A DNA stretch of 64,000 nt from Pyrinomonadaceae bacterium (GTDB taxonomy: Bacteria > Acidobacteriota > Blastocatellia > Pyrinomonadales > Pyrinomonadaceae), in NCBI GenBank assembly GCA_044870975.1, contig JBIOZK010000075.1, positions 1 to 64,000 of the forward strand, written 5' to 3'. The notes under the pieces were generated by a model. The model saw only the letters and a program-made list of their open reading frames with translations, had not been told where the DNA came from and did no database searches. Shown piece by piece: positions 8,233 through 17,829 of the stretch. The number at the start of each line of letters is the position of its first letter. The stretch's first letter is position 1. A program made the translations under genes and the position numbers.

Positions 8233-10095
8233 TTGAAACTCGTGAATGTCGCTCACTCAACTGGCCGCATTCGATGGCGGTGGGGATTATTGGCCGCCGG
8301 CGGCATGATGCTGATTGCGCTTTTCCCACAAGTGCATTTCGTGGTGAGTCGCGGGTCGCAATGGAATGGCGCCAACGCCATTTGCCATCCCGACGAGGTA
8401 GCTTACTCCGCTTACCTGGCTTCGCTGATTCGCGGGAACCCGCGTCGTTACGATCCGTTCACGGGCCGCGGCGCGGATGCCAACGCATCCACCGAATCGC
8501 TTTTTTCCGTCCAATTGATTCCGGCTTATGCAGTCGCCTTGCCGGCGCGCGCCTTACATCTCAGCTCCGCCAAAGCCTTCATCATTCTTCCCGCGCTTTG
8601 TGCTTTTGCCTCGTCGCTCGCTTTGTTCTGGTTTGTTTGCTTGCTGACGCGTGACGATCGATTAAGCGCGGCTTCAGTGCCGGTCATTCTTGGACTAGGA
8701 ACGTTGGTGGCGGGTCAGGGCATGGCTCGATACGTTCTGACTTTGCCTTACCTGATTCCCATTTGGATTTCGCATGCGGTCGCGTCGAATTCCGTGTATC
8801 ACCTGCCTTTCCTGCGACTGTATCAACCGGCGGTAGCCTTCCCTCTTTTTTTCGTGCTGGGCGGTTTGATCTGGATTGCTCTAACGCGAGCCAGTCAAAA
8901 ACAGAGCGTGATGGCTGCGAGCGGCGCCGGTCTGGTCCTGGGGCTGTTGATATTTTCCTACTTCTACCTGTGGACGGCGGCGGTGTCCTGGCTGGGATGT
9001 CTGTTTGCTGTGTCGCTCTGGTTCAGGAAAAACGATCGCCGGCGAACATTGATCGTTTTCGGCATCATCATCGTTTTCGGAATCGCAGCTTTGTTACCTT
9101 ACTTTTCGCTGCTGGCTCGTCGCGCCGCAACCGTCGATGCAGCGCAAGCCCTGGCCTTCACACATCGACCCGATCTTTTTCGGTTTCCCGAGATCATTTC
9201 CGTCCTGGCGCTCTTGCTGATCGGAATCGGCGCGGCCAAGGGCTTGTTTCAGCTCAATGAACGCATCACGGTGATGGCGGGTTCGTTGGCGCTCTCGGTC
9301 GTCCTTGATTTCAATCAACAAGTCCTGACCGGGCGCACCTTGCAACCGGTGCATTACGAGTGGTTTATCGCGAATTACTGCGCGATTCTGGCGGTGATTT
9401 TGACCGCTGCACTCTGGCTGCGAGGCCGCGTAATCGCAAATAGGCGATGGGCTTTGATCGCCGCGATCGCCCTGGTTTTTGGATTTGGAGAGGTTTGGTT
9501 GGCCGCAAGCGTGAGTTTTGATTACAACCGCGTGATTGATGAAGGCAAGCCGGTCGCGGATCGGCTCGCGCAATTAGGCGCAGGCTTTCAACCTGGCTCA
9601 ACCTCGCCCGTCGTGCTCGTATCGGACCTCAAGCTCGCTGATCGTTTTCCCACAGATGCGCCACAGCCCGTGCTCTGGTCTCCGCGCATGCTGGTCTTTC
9701 CCGGCGTCACCGAGAAGGAAAATCGGGAGCGCTTTTGGCGTCAGCTTTATTATCTAGGTTATGACGAAAAGAAATTCTGGGCCGCGCTCAACCATCCTGA
9801 ATGGAATTTCCTGACAGGTCTGTTTCCCTACAGTCGCCTGGATCGGGCCATAACCGGCGTCCGGACCCCGATTGGCCCCGACGAGTTACGCGCGCAAATG
9901 CACGCATATCTTGATTATGCCCAAACCTTTGATCTCGATCGCGCCGCTTCACCTGGGTTGTCGCATGTGATCGTGCGCGCCGGCGACGAACCCAATTACC
10001 TGAATCTGGATCGTTGGTACCAGCGAGACGCGGGAGAAAGAGTGGGAGAGTTCATCCTCTATCGGGTGCAGCTCCGCGAGCAGAACCCTCCCTAA
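8233..10095 (+). CDS. polytopic integral membrane protein, possible GT-C-like glycosyltransferase
   Basis: ~12 predicted TM helices in the first 420 aa with an early loop DEVAYSAYLAS, then ~200-aa soluble C-terminal domain. Confidence 0.55.
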   Translation: MKLVNVAHSTGRIRWRWGLLAAGGMMLIALFPQVHFVVSRGSQWNGANAICHPDEVAYSAYLASLIRGNPRRYDPFTGRGADANASTESLFSVQLIPAYAVALPARALHLSSAKAFIILPALCAFASSLALFWFVCLLTRDDRLSAASVPVILGLGTLVAGQGMARYVLTLPYLIPIWISHAVASNSVYHLPFLRLYQPAVAFPLFFVLGGLIWIALTRASQKQSVMAASGAGLVLGLLIFSYFYLWTAAVSWLGCLFAVSLWFRKNDRRRTLIVFGIIIVFGIAALLPYFSLLARRAATVDAAQALAFTHRPDLFRFPEIISVLALLLIGIGAAKGLFQLNERITVMAGSLALSVVLDFNQQVLTGRTLQPVHYEWFIANYCAILAVILTAALWLRGRVIANRRWALIAAIALVFGFGEVWLAASVSFDYNRVIDEGKPVADRLAQLGAGFQPGSTSPVVLVSDLKLADRFPTDAPQPVLWSPRMLVFPGVTEKENRERFWRQLYYLGYDEKKFWAALNHPEWNFLTGLFPYSRLDRAITGVRTPIGPDELRAQMHAYLDYAQTFDLDRAASPGLSHVIVRAGDEPNYLNLDRWYQRDAGERVGEFILYRVQLREQNPP

Positions 10096-10134
10096 GTTAA
10101 ATCGTCGACGCCGTGACCCGCGCACGGGGAGAAT

Positions 10135-12315
10135 CTACTTCTCACCGTTTGATGATGTTCCTTTCAACTGATCGCGAAACAAATTCAGCAAGAGTAGAGT
10201 TCCGATACCGCCGCCGTCCCCTGATCCGCCGCCGGTCGCCAGCACATCTGGCGTGATTCGAACGCCTTTTTCGCCGATGACTTTCAGCGTCTCGACGACC
10301 GCGACGCCCTGCGCGCCAAGCGCGTTCACCTGTTCGCGATAAGCAACGCCCTGCGCTTCACCCATGAGCTGAACTTTTTCGGCTTCCGCCTTTCCGGTGA
10401 GCGAGATATAGGACGCTTCTCCCTCTGCTTCCGCCTTACGTTGCTCGGCCCGCTTGCTGGCGATCTCAACGCCCACAGTCGCGGCCATCAAGTCGCGTTG
10501 ATTGTCGGCCTGCGATTTCGTCTTCTCGAGCTGAATCCGCTTCTCTTCGGCTTCACGCTGCGCATTGAACATGTTCTGCCGCTGCTCGGCGAGAATTTTT
10601 TCGGTCTGCGTCTTCATCAACTCTTCGGGCAGGTGGATGTGACAGATGAGCACGTTCACGACGTCGACGTGATATTTCAGCAGGTGCGCGCGCACCCGGG
10701 CTTCAGCGCGTTCCTGTTCCTCGTGACGATTTTGCAGATAAGCCATCGCCGAAGATTCGGAAGCCTGATTACGGAAGATCGAATCGATCAGCGGATGCAT
10801 CACGTTCTGAATCAAGCGATCGATGCCGCCAATCTTTGCCACCATGAACGGCGCATCTTCCGGTTTAACGCGAAACACGACGCGCACTTCCAACTGCATC
10901 GTGAAGCCGTCTTTCGAAATCACTTCAAAAGGATTGAAGGTGTTGACGACTTCGCCTGAAGTCCATTCGACGGTCTGGTTCGTAGTCGGGATCACGATCG
11001 GAGTAATTGCCAGAGTGTTCACGTAATAGCGGCCGGGTCCGACCACCGTCTCCTGAATCCCGCGGTAGCCTTCGGGCACGACGTAGGCTTCATGCGCGCC
11101 TTCGTCAAGCCGGCGGTCCGCAGGATCTCCGGTCATCAAGTCTTCCTTGATTTCTTCGGCCGTGCGGCCGTCGTCGATCTTATCGAGACGCGCTGCCGAC
11201 TGTTCGACCTGGGCTTGCTCTTCACGCTCCATGCGCGCGCGGACCTTCGCGGCCATCTGCCGGCGTACTTCATCGGAAGGATCTTTGCCGGTGTTGGAAA
11301 CGATGACCGCAACTTCGCCCGGCTTAACTTCTTTCGCGGTTTCGGGAATGACTTTGAAGAGCAGCGGGTTGATGTAATAGGTGCCCGGCAGCAGGATGTC
11401 TTTCTGCGGGCCGCGCTGACCGCCACTATTGATGAAATCGTGGCCGTCCTGAAAGTTGTCGTGGCCTTCGACGGGTTCGGCGACGTAATCACGTGGATTT
11501 AACTGCGCGCCATCGAGCGCTTCCACCAGACCAATCTCGTTTTCATTGATGACCGTGGCATCAAACAAGCGAACGTAAAATAATCCGGGCTTGCCTCCGT
11601 TCGTGCCGTTGAGCGGTGCTGATTGGGTGTGAATGCGATAGGTTCCGGGCGTCAGGATGTCGACCTGCGGCCCCTTCTGTCCGTTCGAAGCGATGTATTG
11701 TTCCGCGTCCTGAAAATTTTTGTGACCCTCGATGGCCTTTCCCAGGAGTCGTCCGGGATCGAGCGGACCGCCGTCGGTCGCGGTCACGACGCCGACTTTT
11801 CCTTGCGGAATCACGGTCGCTTTGGCGATTGACACGCGAAACAGGTATGGGTGGATGGGCCAAAGACCTGGAGGCAGAACTCGCAATTGAATACCTTTCA
11901 CGCCGCCCTGTTTCACGAATGCGATGGGATCCTGAAAATTGTTATGCGCGTTCTGGGCGCGATCCGGAGCAAATATCCGGCCGGTCGGCATTGGTTCGCC
12001 GTCGACCGCTTCGATCACCCCGAGTTCGTCTGATCCGATTTCGATTAACGCCACCTTGTGCACGACTTTTTCAAATGGCCATTTGATTAGATGAAGGCCG
12101 GGCTTCAGCACATCGGCCTGAATGCCGACTTCGCCTTCACTGGCCACCACGCGTCCCGGCGGCATGCGGCGCCCGAGGTAGCGGCGCTCTTTGATGGCGA
12201 TCTCTCTGGCGCCGACGTTGATAAAGATACGGCGCAGAATGATGAGCAGAGTTACCAGGACGACGAAACCTAAGATCAGAACTGCAACCAGGAGGACTGG
12301 GTCAATGTTATTCAT
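10135..12315 (-). CDS. flotillin-like SPFH/band-7 family protein with triplicated N-terminal module
   Basis: N-terminal TM anchor, three ~70-aa repeats (..EGHxNFQD..GGQxGPQxDILxPGTYxIxPxLFxV), SPFH core, long Glu/Ala/Lys coiled-coil tail and Gly-rich end. Confidence 0.8.
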   Translation of the reverse strand: MNNIDPVLLVAVLILGFVVLVTLLIILRRIFINVGAREIAIKERRYLGRRMPPGRVVASEGEVGIQADVLKPGLHLIKWPFEKVVHKVALIEIGSDELGVIEAVDGEPMPTGRIFAPDRAQNAHNNFQDPIAFVKQGGVKGIQLRVLPPGLWPIHPYLFRVSIAKATVIPQGKVGVVTATDGGPLDPGRLLGKAIEGHKNFQDAEQYIASNGQKGPQVDILTPGTYRIHTQSAPLNGTNGGKPGLFYVRLFDATVINENEIGLVEALDGAQLNPRDYVAEPVEGHDNFQDGHDFINSGGQRGPQKDILLPGTYYINPLLFKVIPETAKEVKPGEVAVIVSNTGKDPSDEVRRQMAAKVRARMEREEQAQVEQSAARLDKIDDGRTAEEIKEDLMTGDPADRRLDEGAHEAYVVPEGYRGIQETVVGPGRYYVNTLAITPIVIPTTNQTVEWTSGEVVNTFNPFEVISKDGFTMQLEVRVVFRVKPEDAPFMVAKIGGIDRLIQNVMHPLIDSIFRNQASESSAMAYLQNRHEEQERAEARVRAHLLKYHVDVVNVLICHIHLPEELMKTQTEKILAEQRQNMFNAQREAEEKRIQLEKTKSQADNQRDLMAATVGVEIASKRAEQRKAEAEGEASYISLTGKAEAEKVQLMGEAQGVAYREQVNALGAQGVAVVETLKVIGEKGVRITPDVLATGGGSGDGGGIGTLLLLNLFRDQLKGTSSNGEK

Positions 12316-12324
12316 GGCAAACCT

Positions 12325-13083
12325 CTAACTGTTTTCAGAAGCCCGACCGTTATGGAGGGCTTGATATGGTGTGGTTGACGGCTGTTGATTTCCGGTTTGT
12401 GGCGCGGCCATCAATTCGCTGCGCGCGCTGGCGAGCGTGCGTTTCAAAACAAATCCGGCGCCGGACCCTCGAGTGCGCGCAGAGAGTATCCAAAACTCGC
12501 CGTCAAATAAAGCTCGGAGCTCTTCCGCGGAAACATTGGCGAGTTTTCCTGCACGCCAAAGCTCCAATGCCTGTTCAATTGTCTGGCCATAGAACTCGGC
12601 ATCATCACTTAACGCCGCGACGTGCAAAGCTTTCGCGGTACCTTGCCGGCTCGGCGATTTTCGCCACGAGTCAACCGCGGCCCGGGCCAGGTTAAGGTTG
12701 ACGGGCAAATCGTTTTGCGTCACGAAGGACATCAAGGAAAGCAAAGTTGATTCTGAATCTACTCGTTGCACGAGTTCGTTCAGAATTCGATGGTACAAAT
12801 CGCCATCGCGGGTTTCTTTAGCATTGATCAGCGCGGACTTGTCACCCGCGCGCGCCCGGTCAATCAGCGATGCCTCCAGGGCTTTAAGGCGCTCAATCTC
12901 AGCTTGTGTTTTCATTTCAGTCTGGTTGGGTTGCATACCGAACAAACCGTAGAAACCGGGATTCGGCGGCAGGACGCGCTCAGAATTATCGCGCGCAGTT
13001 TTCTGCCAAAAATAGAGACCGATTGCTGAAAGTAAAAGGATTCCGAGGACTAAGGCGAAAGCGATAATGAAAAGGCTGACCAT
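12325..13083 (-). CDS. membrane-anchored hypothetical protein, probably co-transcribed with the flotillin-like gene
   Basis: 252-aa ORF with N-terminal TM helix; stop lies 10 nt before the flotillin start on the same strand. Confidence 0.5.
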   Translation of the reverse strand: MVSLFIIAFALVLGILLLSAIGLYFWQKTARDNSERVLPPNPGFYGLFGMQPNQTEMKTQAEIERLKALEASLIDRARAGDKSALINAKETRDGDLYHRILNELVQRVDSESTLLSLMSFVTQNDLPVNLNLARAAVDSWRKSPSRQGTAKALHVAALSDDAEFYGQTIEQALELWRAGKLANVSAEELRALFDGEFWILSARTRGSGAGFVLKRTLASARSELMAAPQTGNQQPSTTPYQALHNGRASENS

Positions 13084-13279
13084 TCGGTCGCGAACTGTCT
13101 TGCGCGTTCAGTTGGATTATACGCCCGAGCGAATCGAAAGGTTCAATGCTGGAAAGCGATGGTACGGGTCAGTACCATCTCCGTTAGGAGATGGATCAAA
13201 TGACGCCCTGAACTATGCCCGCAACTTGACCATCCGATCACGGGGATGGGACTGACTGATCGCGGTAAGCGGTGGAAAT

Positions 13280-15697
13280 TTAGCGGATGGCGTTGAAAAA
13301 TAGTGGATACGTCGCCACGGACTGGCCGCGATACTGCGGGCGGAAGCCGAACAGAATGATATGACCTTTGCCCAGGCCTACTTCCACCAGTGCGGCTTTG
13401 CCCTTGACCCGGTCGGCTCCCAGGAGCCAGCCGGAAAGCAAAGGGTCTTTGTCCTTGGGATACGAGGCGATGATCTTCACCCGGGCCAACGCCGCTGGAT
13501 CACTCGCGACTTCAAAAACGGGAGAGTTCTCGACCCACGCGATCGATTCTTGCGGCATGCCTGCCGCAATCGGATCGTTCTTATCGAGTTCAATCCTCAG
13601 GATCGATCCCGGCACGTAGAAATCTGTGCGCGGCAGACCGTCGACGACATTGCGCACGGGCAACTTGAATTGCTCGATTGCAAAATCGGACGCGCGATTG
13701 AGACAGACGAGCGTGCCGCCCGCTTCGACAAATTCGCGCAGAGCTTTCACGCCCTGTTCGCCCAGACCGCCGGTGTATTCGTCGGGCATCGTGCCTTTGC
13801 GATAGCCATTGAGAATTGCGGCGCGCGGCTGATCGGGAATCACGATAGTGGTAAGGTCGTGATTAAGATTGCCTTTGCGAATGTCCGGATCGCCGATCGA
13901 TCGGTAACCCGTACACTCCTGCTCATCGAGAACCCAACGTGTCCAACCTTCATCCATCACGGGGACCGATGACTTGTAGATTGCCCGCGGAGGCGGCTCG
14001 GCATCACCGCAGCCGCCATTCATTCCTGTTTGCACAGTTGCCCTCGCCGCGTATCTGAAAGGTGTCGTTATCTGTTCGACCTGCACATCCATGAGCAGCG
14101 ATAGTGCATGGGCCGTGACGTCGTATGGTGGAATTGGCCGGCCTGAAGCGTCGCGGAGATCCGGATAGCGGCGAGGGATGAGTAAGGCCTCGGCCAGACC
14201 AGCGAATGGCTGCTTCATATCAATCACGTATGTGCCGGCCGCGTAAGTGCGCGTGCCGACTCTAAACGTTCTCGCATCTACCACTTCAACACCGGCCGTC
14301 ATCAGGATGCCTGCGAGGATATCGGAGGCGCGCGTGGAAAACATTCCCGTGAATCTCTGCGATTTTACGGATGGCTTTATGATTAGTGCCTGCAATTCGC
14401 CCGGCTTTCGGGGCCGCACAGCGTATTTCTCAATCTCATAAAACTTTTGCAGCCAATGCTCGCGATTCTGCGCTGCGTGCTTCAACAGAAAGAACGCGAC
14501 GGTGGTCATGGTGTTCGTGATGTCCCGAATATGCCACTCGCCGCCTTGCCAGACCGGGCCGAAGCTCGCGCTTTCCTTGCGCGGATCGTAGCCCTCACCG
14601 GGACGCAGTTGCTCGAAGCGCACGTTGATTGGCGTTGCCAGCCGGCACGAGGCCGTCTCCTGCAGCATGCGTACCCCGCCGTGATAATGCGAGTAGGCGC
14701 GCGAAGGCGACCACGCGTCGTAAGTCGAATCAGTCGTGATGCCCTGGTATCCGGTAGCGCGCATTTCTTTCGCCAGATAATTTCCAAGTTCCGTGTAGCC
14801 TTCAACAATTTGCTTTGGCACGTTCGGCTCGACCGGCGGCATGTATGGGGGCAGGAACAAGCGCGATCCAAATGCGCCCTGTTGATGAATGTCGTGGACG
14901 ATCTGCGGATGCCACTCGTTGAGAATTTTTTCGACGACCAGTTGTGTCTCGACCTGCGTGAACGCGTACCAGTCACGATTGTCGTCGTGTCCGGTGTACT
15001 TGTGATAAAGCTGCGGCGGATCAGTTCCTTCGTAGGGCGTGCCCAGCGTCTTCTGATACCAGTTGTTGACGATGTCTACCCCGTCGGGATTGGTTGAAGG
15101 CACCAGCAGGATGATCGTGTTGCGCAATATCTCCAGCGTTTCCGGATCGTTGGCTGAAGCGAGGCGATGCGCAATCAGCATGCTCGACAAATACGAACCG
15201 ACTTCCGTTGAATGAATGCCGCAGGTGATGGCGACGACGGTCTTTCCGTTCGCAATCAAGCTGCGGGCTTTGGCATTCGCGAGTTTAGGCGAACCAAGGA
15301 GTCGCGGATCATTTAGTTGTCGTTGAATCTGCTTGAATTGATTCAGCCGGCGGAGATTCTCCGGCGCGCTGATGGTCGCATAAACAAAGGGCGCGCCCAT
15401 GGTTGACTTGCCAATCTCTTCAAACTTTACGCGGTCGCTGGCGGCGGCGAGTTTCTGAAAGTACTCGACGACCTTGGCCCAGCTGGCGAGTTTCCGATCG
15501 TCGCCCGGCGTGAAGCCCAGCACTTGGGTTGGAGTTGGGATCGATTTGGTTTGCGCAAATATGCGTTGAAGGTTGAGTTCGGTAGAGAGTGTGACGAAGA
15601 GAAGGGTGGCGAGAATTAGTGAAGCGCGTTTGCGCATTGGTCTGTTTCCTCTCTGTGTCCTCTGTGGTTGAATCGCCCTTTTTACCACAGAGGACAC
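13280..15697 (-). CDS. M14-family zinc carboxypeptidase with C-terminal extension
   Basis: signal peptide, HxxE zinc motif in ITCGIHSTEVGS, long C-terminal domain. Confidence 0.8.
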   Translation of the reverse strand: MSSVVKRAIQPQRTQRGNRPMRKRASLILATLLFVTLSTELNLQRIFAQTKSIPTPTQVLGFTPGDDRKLASWAKVVEYFQKLAAASDRVKFEEIGKSTMGAPFVYATISAPENLRRLNQFKQIQRQLNDPRLLGSPKLANAKARSLIANGKTVVAITCGIHSTEVGSYLSSMLIAHRLASANDPETLEILRNTIILLVPSTNPDGVDIVNNWYQKTLGTPYEGTDPPQLYHKYTGHDDNRDWYAFTQVETQLVVEKILNEWHPQIVHDIHQQGAFGSRLFLPPYMPPVEPNVPKQIVEGYTELGNYLAKEMRATGYQGITTDSTYDAWSPSRAYSHYHGGVRMLQETASCRLATPINVRFEQLRPGEGYDPRKESASFGPVWQGGEWHIRDITNTMTTVAFFLLKHAAQNREHWLQKFYEIEKYAVRPRKPGELQALIIKPSVKSQRFTGMFSTRASDILAGILMTAGVEVVDARTFRVGTRTYAAGTYVIDMKQPFAGLAEALLIPRRYPDLRDASGRPIPPYDVTAHALSLLMDVQVEQITTPFRYAARATVQTGMNGGCGDAEPPPRAIYKSSVPVMDEGWTRWVLDEQECTGYRSIGDPDIRKGNLNHDLTTIVIPDQPRAAILNGYRKGTMPDEYTGGLGEQGVKALREFVEAGGTLVCLNRASDFAIEQFKLPVRNVVDGLPRTDFYVPGSILRIELDKNDPIAAGMPQESIAWVENSPVFEVASDPAALARVKIIASYPKDKDPLLSGWLLGADRVKGKAALVEVGLGKGHIILFGFRPQYRGQSVATYPLFFNAIR

Positions 15698-15714
15698 TGA
15701 GGATCACAGAGAAA

Positions 15715-17085
15715 TCACACGCCATGAATCCGCAAACGGAACTCATCATTGAACGCAACGATCTCAGGCAGTCGATTTGAGAATGCCCGGGCTTCGTGGA
15801 GTAGCCTCGGAAGTCCGCCGCGCACGAGTTTCAACCCGTAGGCTTCATTGGAAAAAAGCGAGGCGGTGCCGGGATTCAGCCGTTGTTGGACGCCAAAGCG
15901 AATGCTCTTCAGGGCTTGTGGTGCGAAGCCGGCGCTGCGCCGCGGATTCACGATTTCAATGGCGCGATCGAAGATGTGCAGGCGCGTCGTCACATCACGT
16001 ACCACCAAATCACGATGAATTAAAGCGTTGGCGATTGCTTCAGACACCGCTGCCTGGTGATAGTTGGCGCGGGCGACCACCGGATCGCCGGGCGCGGCCG
16101 TCGCGCGCGCCGGTCTCGTATCCCACAGGTCGCAGTAACGCCTGACGAATCGTTGCGCGGATTCATAAAGCGTGGCGAGATTCCCATGCAACTCAAGTCG
16201 TTCGACGACCGGCGCCTGGGCATTGTCTCCGCTGAAGCGGGTCGCCACGATTGAAGTTCGCGGCAGCAGCCTGGCTACAGCATCATCGCGCCCAAACAGA
16301 ATCAGACCGGCCACCGTGGGCGTGACGTCATCCTGACGATTAACTGCGAGCATGAGATAGCGTTCGAGAATTTCGGATGTCGGATAGCCCTTAATTGCGG
16401 ACTCGTCAAAGGCGCCGCCCTCGAAGCCGCGGATGAAACTCCACAAATGTGCTTCATCTATATCGGCTAGTTTTGCCTGCGGGACCGGAAGGTCCTCGTA
16501 GAGCAGCGGCCGGGCATCATCGAGCAGTGTGGATAGCTCTTCCGGCGAGGTCTCGCGCTTGTCTTCACCGACCCGAATGAAGAAGCGGCCATCGCGCGTT
16601 CGATAGGGCCGGCGCCTGCCCTGGACGTCCAGAGCCACGATGCGGCGGCCGTTGTCGAAAGCGATGCGATCGATGAAGGGAATCAGGGGCGGCACAATTT
16701 CTTCGCGACAGATGCGCACCAGTTCATCCTGAACTTCCTCGGGATGATCGATTCCTTCGACGCGCATTTGATCGTTAACGCCGAAGACGATGGTGCCGCC
16801 GCCGGTATTCGCGAGCGCGACGATGCCCTGCGCGATCCGTTCCGGATTTGAAAGTTTGACCTTTAATTCGAGATAAGTGTCTTCGCCGCCGCGCACCAGC
16901 CGCATCAACTCAGTACGGTTCGTTGATGGCGCTGCGGTCTGATAAAGATATTCCTGGAAGGATCGGTCGCTAACCGGTTCGTTACGTTGGGTACTGCGGA
17001 AGCGTCTGCGAGCCATTTGTGTAATGGCGGGGCCGGCCTGCCCGCCCGGACGCGATTCTGAAAACCGCATCGCTGGAATTATCAA
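15715..17085 (-). CDS. Schlafen/AlbA_2 (divergent AAA) domain putative DNA-binding regulator with C-terminal ATPase-like domain
   Basis: YLELKVKLSNPERIAQGIVALANTGGGTIVFGVND segment typical of AlbA_2 domains. Confidence 0.65.
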   Translation of the reverse strand: MIIPAMRFSESRPGGQAGPAITQMARRRFRSTQRNEPVSDRSFQEYLYQTAAPSTNRTELMRLVRGGEDTYLELKVKLSNPERIAQGIVALANTGGGTIVFGVNDQMRVEGIDHPEEVQDELVRICREEIVPPLIPFIDRIAFDNGRRIVALDVQGRRRPYRTRDGRFFIRVGEDKRETSPEELSTLLDDARPLLYEDLPVPQAKLADIDEAHLWSFIRGFEGGAFDESAIKGYPTSEILERYLMLAVNRQDDVTPTVAGLILFGRDDAVARLLPRTSIVATRFSGDNAQAPVVERLELHGNLATLYESAQRFVRRYCDLWDTRPARATAAPGDPVVARANYHQAAVSEAIANALIHRDLVVRDVTTRLHIFDRAIEIVNPRRSAGFAPQALKSIRFGVQQRLNPGTASLFSNEAYGLKLVRGGLPRLLHEARAFSNRLPEIVAFNDEFRLRIHGV

Positions 17086-17137
17086 GTTAGTACTTCACTG
17101 GAGTTCGATTGTCAGTGTAGCATAGCGCCGTTCGCGG

Positions 17138-17187
17138 CACAGACTTCAGTCTGTGGATGCGGTGAAGGATCACAGACTAGAGTCTGT
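17138..17187. repeat. REP-like doublet CACAGACT-N4-AGTCTGTG
   Basis: cacagacttcagtctgtg ... cacagactagagtctgt. Confidence 0.7.
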
Positions 17188-17199
17188 ATCACCAAAATC

Positions 17200-17709
17200 A
17201 TGTTTTCGTATAAGAATCATGCCAGCAAAGCTTATGTGGCGCTCGGATCAAACCTGGGCGATCGCGCGGGCAATCTCTTGCTGGCAGTACGGGGCATGAT
17301 GGAAGCCGCGATGTGCGTCTGCCGGGTCTCATCGATTTACGAGACTGAGCCCCTCAGCGATGTCGAGCAACCGCCCTTTCTCAACATGGTGGTGGAGGTT
17401 GGAAATCCATTGCCGGCGCCTGAGCAAGTCATGGCGCGCCTGTTGCGAATCGAGTTTCTGCTGGGCCGCACGCGTGACGTAAAGGACGGCCCGCGCACAA
17501 TCGATCTCGACTTACTGCTTTATGGCGACGTCGAGAGCGACACCGAGTTTCTCCGATTGCCGCATCCGCGATTGCATGTAAGGAGATTTGTGCTCGAGCC
17601 TTTAGTCGAAGTCGCGCCCCACCTGATCCATCCCACGCTCAATTGTTCCGCCGCTGAGTTGTTAGAGAAAGTTGATGACAAGTGCGCCGTGCGGCGTTGG
17701 ACGCCGTAG
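17200..17709 (+). CDS. folK: 2-amino-4-hydroxy-6-hydroxymethyldihydropteridine pyrophosphokinase
   Basis: AYVALGSNLGDR, IDLDLLLYGD, LPHPRL motifs. Confidence 0.9.
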   Translation: MFSYKNHASKAYVALGSNLGDRAGNLLLAVRGMMEAAMCVCRVSSIYETEPLSDVEQPPFLNMVVEVGNPLPAPEQVMARLLRIEFLLGRTRDVKDGPRTIDLDLLLYGDVESDTEFLRLPHPRLHVRRFVLEPLVEVAPHLIHPTLNCSAAELLEKVDDKCAVRRWTP

Positions 17710-17829
17710 GAGCGCATCGGAGCGCACGCATCCTTGCGTGCGGTTCGCGGCCATCCCTGGCCGCAATTTACTCAAAAACAGAACAGCAGGCAGGATGCCT
17801 GCGTACCGCCCGCAGGGATGCGGGCGTTC

